From assembly GCA_031424235.1 (NCBI GenBank), contig JANPHB010000209.1, positions 33,608 through 97,607 on the forward strand: a stretch of DNA of 64,000 nt. The letters run 5' to 3'. The translations under genes were made by a program, and so were the position numbers. Source of the DNA: Pirellula sp. Its GTDB lineage: Bacteria > Planctomycetota > Planctomycetia > Pirellulales > Pirellulaceae. The notes below the pieces were generated by a model. The model did no database searches. It was not told where the DNA came from and was given only the letters and a program-made list of their open reading frames with translations. Shown one piece after another: positions 59,994 to 64,000 of this stretch. The stretch's first letter is position 1. Each line of letters opens with the position of its first letter.

Positions 59994-60147
59994 TTTTGAA
60001 ATTCAGGTATTCTTTTTGCGGGGCGAAGGCGAAATGCCAGAACGCTGGAAAGTTTCTGAAAATTAGGAAAAGAATAACGATCAGAACACAAACGACTAGC
60101 AATCCTGGAATTTTCCGGAAAATCCGCTTGACAGCCCTCCCTTTTTC

Positions 60148-60175
60148 TTGACTGTCACGGTGTGGCACTTAGAGT
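60148..60175 (+). promoter_or_regulatory. Putative sigma70 promoter for csrA
   Basis: TTGACT-16 bp-TAGAGT. Confidence 0.45.
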
Positions 60176-60250
60176 TGAATGGAACTGATTAAGCGTGTGG
60201 ACACAGTTTCGACAGATGAGCCTCAGCTTTGTAAAGCAGTCTACGAAATT

Positions 60251-60300
60251 ACAGGATCAGGAGATGGGTATTTTGCCCAAGGATTGCAGGAAGGGAAGTC
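60251..60300 (+). promoter_or_regulatory. csrA leader with five GGA motifs (candidate CsrA autoregulatory sites)
   Basis: GGA at 60254, 60260, 60281, 60289 and 60294; the last two lie in or next to the RBS region. Confidence 0.55.
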
Positions 60301-60510
60301 ATGTTAGTATTATCGAGAAAAAAGAACGAGAGCATCGTTATCAACAATGAGATCACGATCGTCGTGGTTGAAATTCGGGGTGACAAAGTCAGGCTAGGGG
60401 TCGAAGCCCCTCGAGAAGTGCCAGTTCACCGCCGAGAGGTGTTTGACGCAATTCAGCGAAATCTAGACTCGCAAGCACCTGAAGAGTCCGAACAAAAAGA
60501 AGAGTCCTAG
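60301..60510 (+). CDS. csrA: Carbon storage regulator CsrA/RsmA
   Basis: 'MLVLSRKKNESIVI', 'VRLGVEAPREVPVHRREV'. Confidence 0.97.
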   Translation: MLVLSRKKNESIVINNEITIVVVEIRGDKVRLGVEAPREVPVHRREVFDAIQRNLDSQAPEESEQKEES

Positions 60511-60591
60511 GATTCTTGATCCGTTTCTCGTCAGATTGCCTTGGTTTTTCGTTTGAATGTGACGATGGAAGGAAGACCTTTCAGGCAAGGC

Positions 60592-60619
60592 TTGACAGAA
60601 GCCAGGCGATCCGTACACT
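60592..60619 (+). promoter_or_regulatory. sigma70 promoter of tRNA-Glu
   Basis: TTGACA (60592-97), 16 bp spacer, TACACT (60614-19). Confidence 0.7.
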
Positions 60620-60654
60620 TTCGCCACGCTTCAAGGCATTGCCAGCAGACATGC

Positions 60655-60727
60655 GGCCCCGTCGTCTAGAGGCCTAGGACATCGCCCTTTCACGGCGGTA
60701 ACACGGGTTCGACTCCCGTCGGGGTCA
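60655..60727 (+). tRNA. tRNA-Glu (TTC); CCA not encoded
   Basis: Acceptor GGCCCCG/CGGGGTC; anticodon stem TCGCC/GGCGG with loop CTTTCAC; T-arm GGTTCGACTCC. Confidence 0.96.
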
Positions 60728-61973
60728 TTACGTTTAGTTTCAGTAGCCATCCGGCACCATCAGAACCCTGCAATTTGCAGGGTTTTTTTGTTTCCTGATT
60801 TGCTGCGATGGTTCCCGAATCGCTATTGATGGGGGAACCGGTGGGGGGACGGAAAGCAATTGCCTTTTCGAAATGGGTGTCAGTCACTTGAAGGTAGTGC
60901 TTTTCAGCTACCTTTCCGGAATGCCCAAGCCACTTGTTTACAACGTGATCGGGAAACGCTTCTTGCAACTCCGTTCGCCGTGTGGATCGCAGATTTACGA
61001 AAAGTTTCGGCCATGATGTGAGCCCAGCCGATTCGACGATGCGAATGAACTGGGTTCGAAGGTTCATTTCCGAACCGCCTCGATAACGATTGATGCAATA
61101 AATTGCCCCCTTTGGCGCAAGCTCCCAAGCTTCATCTATTGCGAGTTTGATTTCAGGGAACAACGGCAGAAACCTTAAACCGGTTTTTGGTGAATCGATT
61201 CGTAGGCGATTCCCTCCCCAATCTACATCAGTCCATTTCAGCCCTAAAACTTCGCTTGGACAACGCAAACCCCCGAAACGTGTCAATGCGAAGATCAACC
61301 GCCAATCAGAATCAGGGCTCGCCTCTTTGATTTTGATCGAATCCGCGATCGAAACGAAGTGATGCCTTGCCGAGTTCGATTCGGATCCGCCTTTGATGTC
61401 TGCGAACGGGCTTTCGCCTAGCAAACGGTCCCTTACCGCATGTTGAAACATCGTTTTGGCTCGCTTGCAATGCTTCGAAACGGTTGCGACGGCCATCGGT
61501 CTAGCGGTCATCCAACGCTTCCACCGATCGCCGTCGGCTTGAGTCATCGATTGCAACGCGGTCTTCTCTCCAAAGTACTCGACCAATAGCCGGCGGGTCT
61601 GTTTGTAGTTGATGTCGGTTGTTGCCTTGATGTCACTACGGCCGGCAATGTACGAATCGAGAAACGGCCCAAGAAGCTTTCCTTCGTCGGTCGAGAGCTT
61701 TTGAGATATTGGACTGGCAAGCCCCCACGAAACCAAATTCTCTCTAAGCTTGCCGGTGGTTCCGTTCGCCCATGCTGTAGCATCAACCGCCGGGGAAACA
61801 TTGTTTGATTTCGCTTTGGAGAGCTCGTCACAATGCTGAGCAACTAGATTCGCCTGCCGTTCAGATTTCTTCGTTAGACCTGCAATGTAAAGCTCTCGCC
61901 GTCTCGAGTCGACGTAGAAACGAATTCGAAAGCCTTGCCGGCCATCTTGATCAAGCCTTGAAACACTTGCCAT
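60690..61973 (-). CDS. Tyrosine recombinase/integrase
   Basis: 'TRFGGLRCPSE', 'SPKTG', 'FVNLRSTR', 'WLGHS', 'KHYLQ'; N-terminal arm-binding-type region from 'MASVSRL'. The stop codon lies in the tRNA anticodon loop. Confidence 0.93.
   Translation of the reverse strand: MASVSRLDQDGRQGFRIRFYVDSRRRELYIAGLTKKSERQANLVAQHCDELSKAKSNNVSPAVDATAWANGTTGKLRENLVSWGLASPISQKLSTDEGKLLGPFLDSYIAGRSDIKATTDINYKQTRRLLVEYFGEKTALQSMTQADGDRWKRWMTARPMAVATVSKHCKRAKTMFQHAVRDRLLGESPFADIKGGSESNSARHHFVSIADSIKIKEASPDSDWRLIFALTRFGGLRCPSEVLGLKWTDVDWGGNRLRIDSPKTGLRFLPLFPEIKLAIDEAWELAPKGAIYCINRYRGGSEMNLRTQFIRIVESAGLTSWPKLFVNLRSTRRTELQEAFPDHVVNKWLGHSGKVAEKHYLQVTDTHFEKAIAFRPPTGSPINSDSGTIAANQETKKPCKLQGSDGAGWLLKLNVMTPTGVEPVLPP
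60764..60789 (+). terminator. Rho-independent terminator-like hairpin after the tRNA
   Basis: AACCCTGCAA-T-TTGCAGGGTT followed by a T-run. Confidence 0.7.
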
Positions 61974-62089
61974 GAAATCAACTCCTATCAAAGTTGCCCT
62001 ACCTGAAAAAGTGAAAAACCAAGGCAACCGCGATAGGTTCGGCTTTCGGGTTCGATGCCCTAGCCTTGGCTTTTTGTCGTCGTTGTTCG

Positions 62090-63070
62090 TTAGTTCGCTG
62101 TAGCGTTCAATTGGGAATCCAAGAACGCATCTAGTTGTTCGTTCTGCCATTCGTTGACCATGGCATCCATTATTCTGGCTTTTCCGTCTCCGGGTTCTGG
62201 CAACCGGTCGAATCGTTCGCAAGCGCCAGCAAGACGCATAGCGAGTAAGCCAAAGTCGCCTGCAGCGCCGATGTGTCCAGCTTGGATTCCCTTAATGCCG
62301 GCCCTGAGGATCGACACTAGGCCAGCTTTTGCAGTATCCGAATAGCACCGGCCTGTCGGCTTGGACTGAATCGTCGTATTGCTTGCCCCTCCATTCCACA
62401 ATCCGGATAGGAATTGTTCATGAATGGCATCGGCTTCACTGCCCTCGGAATCGCCGTAAGCGATGTCGAGAAGCCCTGAGGCCATCACGCCCAGTTCTTC
62501 CGGTGTTCCGAAACCGATTGGCGTCTCAGTCAGGATCGATTCAATGTGTGAAAGTAGAAGTTTGGTAACGTCCGGATTCAATTCACTCGTTGAAAGCCTT
62601 AGGTGATCGTCAACAAAAATGCTCAAGTCGCATGTTTGAGTGTCGGCATTTTCTGCGTCGCAGGCCTCCGCGCTTTCTATGTCATCGTCTCCGGTTTCCT
62701 CATCGTCTCCGATTTCGTCGTCGGCGGCCGGAAACCATCCCTCTGACCAAAGACTTTGACGGGATTCCAAAATCTCCTGCCAAGTCTCATCGTAAGCTCG
62801 GTGCAATTGCTCGTTCAATTTCGGATCCTTGAGGTCACCAGCAAAGCCGCGGCTAAATTGGTCCGACGGGTCCACGTGGTTGGCGAGCTCCTCTAAATGA
62901 GCGGCAAGTACTCCAAGCCCTGAGGAATCGCAAAGGTCCTCAGAATCGATCAACGCGATCGCATCATTGAGGAGACGTTTTACGACCGTTTTGGTTCCTG
63001 GGGAAAAAACGGTCTTGATTGGGCCTGGATTGCTATCGAAACCGGCGATTGATCGAACTACACTAGCCAT
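62090..63070 (-). CDS. Acidic hypothetical protein with apparent internal helical repeats
   Basis: GGAG RBS before Met 63070; D/E-rich linker; three similar 'G(L/F)G(V/L)(L/M)A'-type helical units. Confidence 0.7.
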   Translation of the reverse strand: MASVVRSIAGFDSNPGPIKTVFSPGTKTVVKRLLNDAIALIDSEDLCDSSGLGVLAAHLEELANHVDPSDQFSRGFAGDLKDPKLNEQLHRAYDETWQEILESRQSLWSEGWFPAADDEIGDDEETGDDDIESAEACDAENADTQTCDLSIFVDDHLRLSTSELNPDVTKLLLSHIESILTETPIGFGTPEELGVMASGLLDIAYGDSEGSEADAIHEQFLSGLWNGGASNTTIQSKPTGRCYSDTAKAGLVSILRAGIKGIQAGHIGAAGDFGLLAMRLAGACERFDRLPEPGDGKARIMDAMVNEWQNEQLDAFLDSQLNATAN

Positions 63071-63184
63071 CGTACTGAACTCCGTAATTGAGTTTGGGAC
63101 CACGGCCCCGGATGTTGACGCATCGCGGGGCCACTTTTGTTGGGTGACTCCATGATTGTATGATTGTCGGGATATTCTGCAATA

Positions 63185-63439
63185 CTAGCTTCTCGGGAAT
63201 ACTGATCGTGTTGATACAGAAAGCGCTAAAGCGATCGCGGGTATCGCGTTGAATGAGGGTTCATTTCTTCCTGACTCCCACGCGTAGTATGTTCTCACTG
63301 GACAGGCAAAGCCCGCCTTCGTAATCGCGTTGGCCATTTCTTCCCCGGTCATGCCGGCCTTCTCTCGAAGTGTTCGCAAACGGGCTGCAAAACGCCCTGC
63401 GTAGGTTGTTTCGTCCACTGGTTTCGGCGGTCTGCCCAT
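63185..63439 (-). CDS. XRE-family helix-turn-helix transcriptional regulator
   Basis: 'RLRTLREKAGMTGEEMA...TYYAWESGRNEP....IALAL.VS'. Confidence 0.9.
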   Translation of the reverse strand: MGRPPKPVDETTYAGRFAARLRTLREKAGMTGEEMANAITKAGFACPVRTYYAWESGRNEPSFNAIPAIALALSVSTRSVFPRS

Positions 63440-63470
63440 TGTGAGTGCTCTTGCTTGCTTGGATCGCGGG

Positions 63471-64000
63471 TTAGGGGTTTGATGAGAAGACTAGCCAATG
63501 TTCGCCCATGCGAACCGCCAAATGGGTCTTGTCGATTTGCTTGAAATCCTTCTTGAACTTGTCGGATTTGAAATCGACTGGAATGTTTGTATTGCCCGTT
63601 TCCTTCGTTCTCCAGCTCATGCCCTCATTCCGGAAGCCCATTTCAATCGGGTATTGAATGCAATGCAGCTTGGCGAAATCGCCAGTAGGTTCCGAAGCGA
63701 TGTTGTATTGCTTAGTGGAATCGTGATCGGCAAACCATGCTGTTGAGAACAAATGGGATAGTTCAGGAGTTTCCTCAGCGGTTGCAACGTCGTTGCTGGC
63801 TAGCGCGTTTGCGACCATTGGCGGCTGATGTTTGGGGGGCCTTGCGTCCAGGTAAATCACCCAATGTTTACCCTTTCGAACGGACAAATGATTCTTGTCG
63901 ATGAGATTGAAACGCTTTTTGAACGCATCGGACCTAAAATCCAGCTCTTCAAAGAAGGTTCCGTGAACTCGATTCTCCCACCTGATGCCTTTGTCCGTGA
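63471..64000 (-). CDS. Hypothetical protein with duplicated domain (5' end beyond window)
   Basis: Frame is open to position 64000. 'DFRSDAFKKRFNLIDKNHLSVRKGKHWVIY' repeats as 'DFKSDKFKKDFKQIDKTHLAVRMGEHWLVF'. Confidence 0.75.
   Translation of the reverse strand, partial: TDKGIRWENRVHGTFFEELDFRSDAFKKRFNLIDKNHLSVRKGKHWVIYLDARPPKHQPPMVANALASNDVATAEETPELSHLFSTAWFADHDSTKQYNIASEPTGDFAKLHCIQYPIEMGFRNEGMSWRTKETGNTNIPVDFKSDKFKKDFKQIDKTHLAVRMGEHWLVFSSNP

Larger units (their letters stand above)
60728..64000. mobile_element. Left end of an integrative element (genomic island, ICE or prophage) at tRNA-Glu
   Basis: Integrase adjacent to and convergent on the tRNA 3' end, followed by an Xre regulator and unrecognised hypothetical genes. 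The second att copy would lie outside the window. Confidence 0.85.

Noticed and set aside
60163-60180. sigma54 promoter (TGGCAC) upstream of csrA; also TGGCAC in ATGGCACTCACTTT repeats
   Set aside because: No GC at the required -12 position. The repeat copies are part of a dispersed element and also do not form CIRCE.
61974-62222. N-terminal extension of the integrase given in the ORF track
   Set aside because: It overlaps the 3' end of the 62090-63070 gene and has no integrase-like character; Met 61973 fits better.

Overview
Chromosomal segment at roughly 50-55% GC by eye. It is almost certainly from a planctomycete (Pirellula-like), judged from a DUF1501 gene, a MoxR/DUF58/vWA operon, a planctomycete-type S8 protease and characteristic palindromic repeats. 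Housekeeping genes include lipA, hemL, gltX, htrA, smpB, csrA and tRNA-Glu(TTC). From about 60.7 kb a tyrosine-integrase island inserted at tRNA-Glu runs off the window end. The strongest candidates for undescribed biology are: (1) nested intergenic elements, where 105-140 bp MITE-like units with terminal inverted repeats carry interchangeable GTAG-type REP doublets and sit inside other REP palindromes, four of them with visible target-site duplications; (2) a 1186-aa protein combining a pseudokinase, an intact Ser/Thr kinase, an SRPBCC-like domain, a DUF5939-like Cys domain and a catalytically dead class III cyclase; (3) a tandem pair of secreted CPFC-motif paralogs plus a DUF3299-like gene, which may be the split partner of a ZrgBC-like ABC transporter 43 kb away; (4) an HscC-type Hsp70 operon with a non-HPD J-domain protein; (5) an integrase whose C-terminus is encoded antisense inside the tRNA it targets; (6) a 33-aa TatA-like membrane ORF absent from the ORF track. 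All family assignments come from motif recognition by eye; no searches were run.
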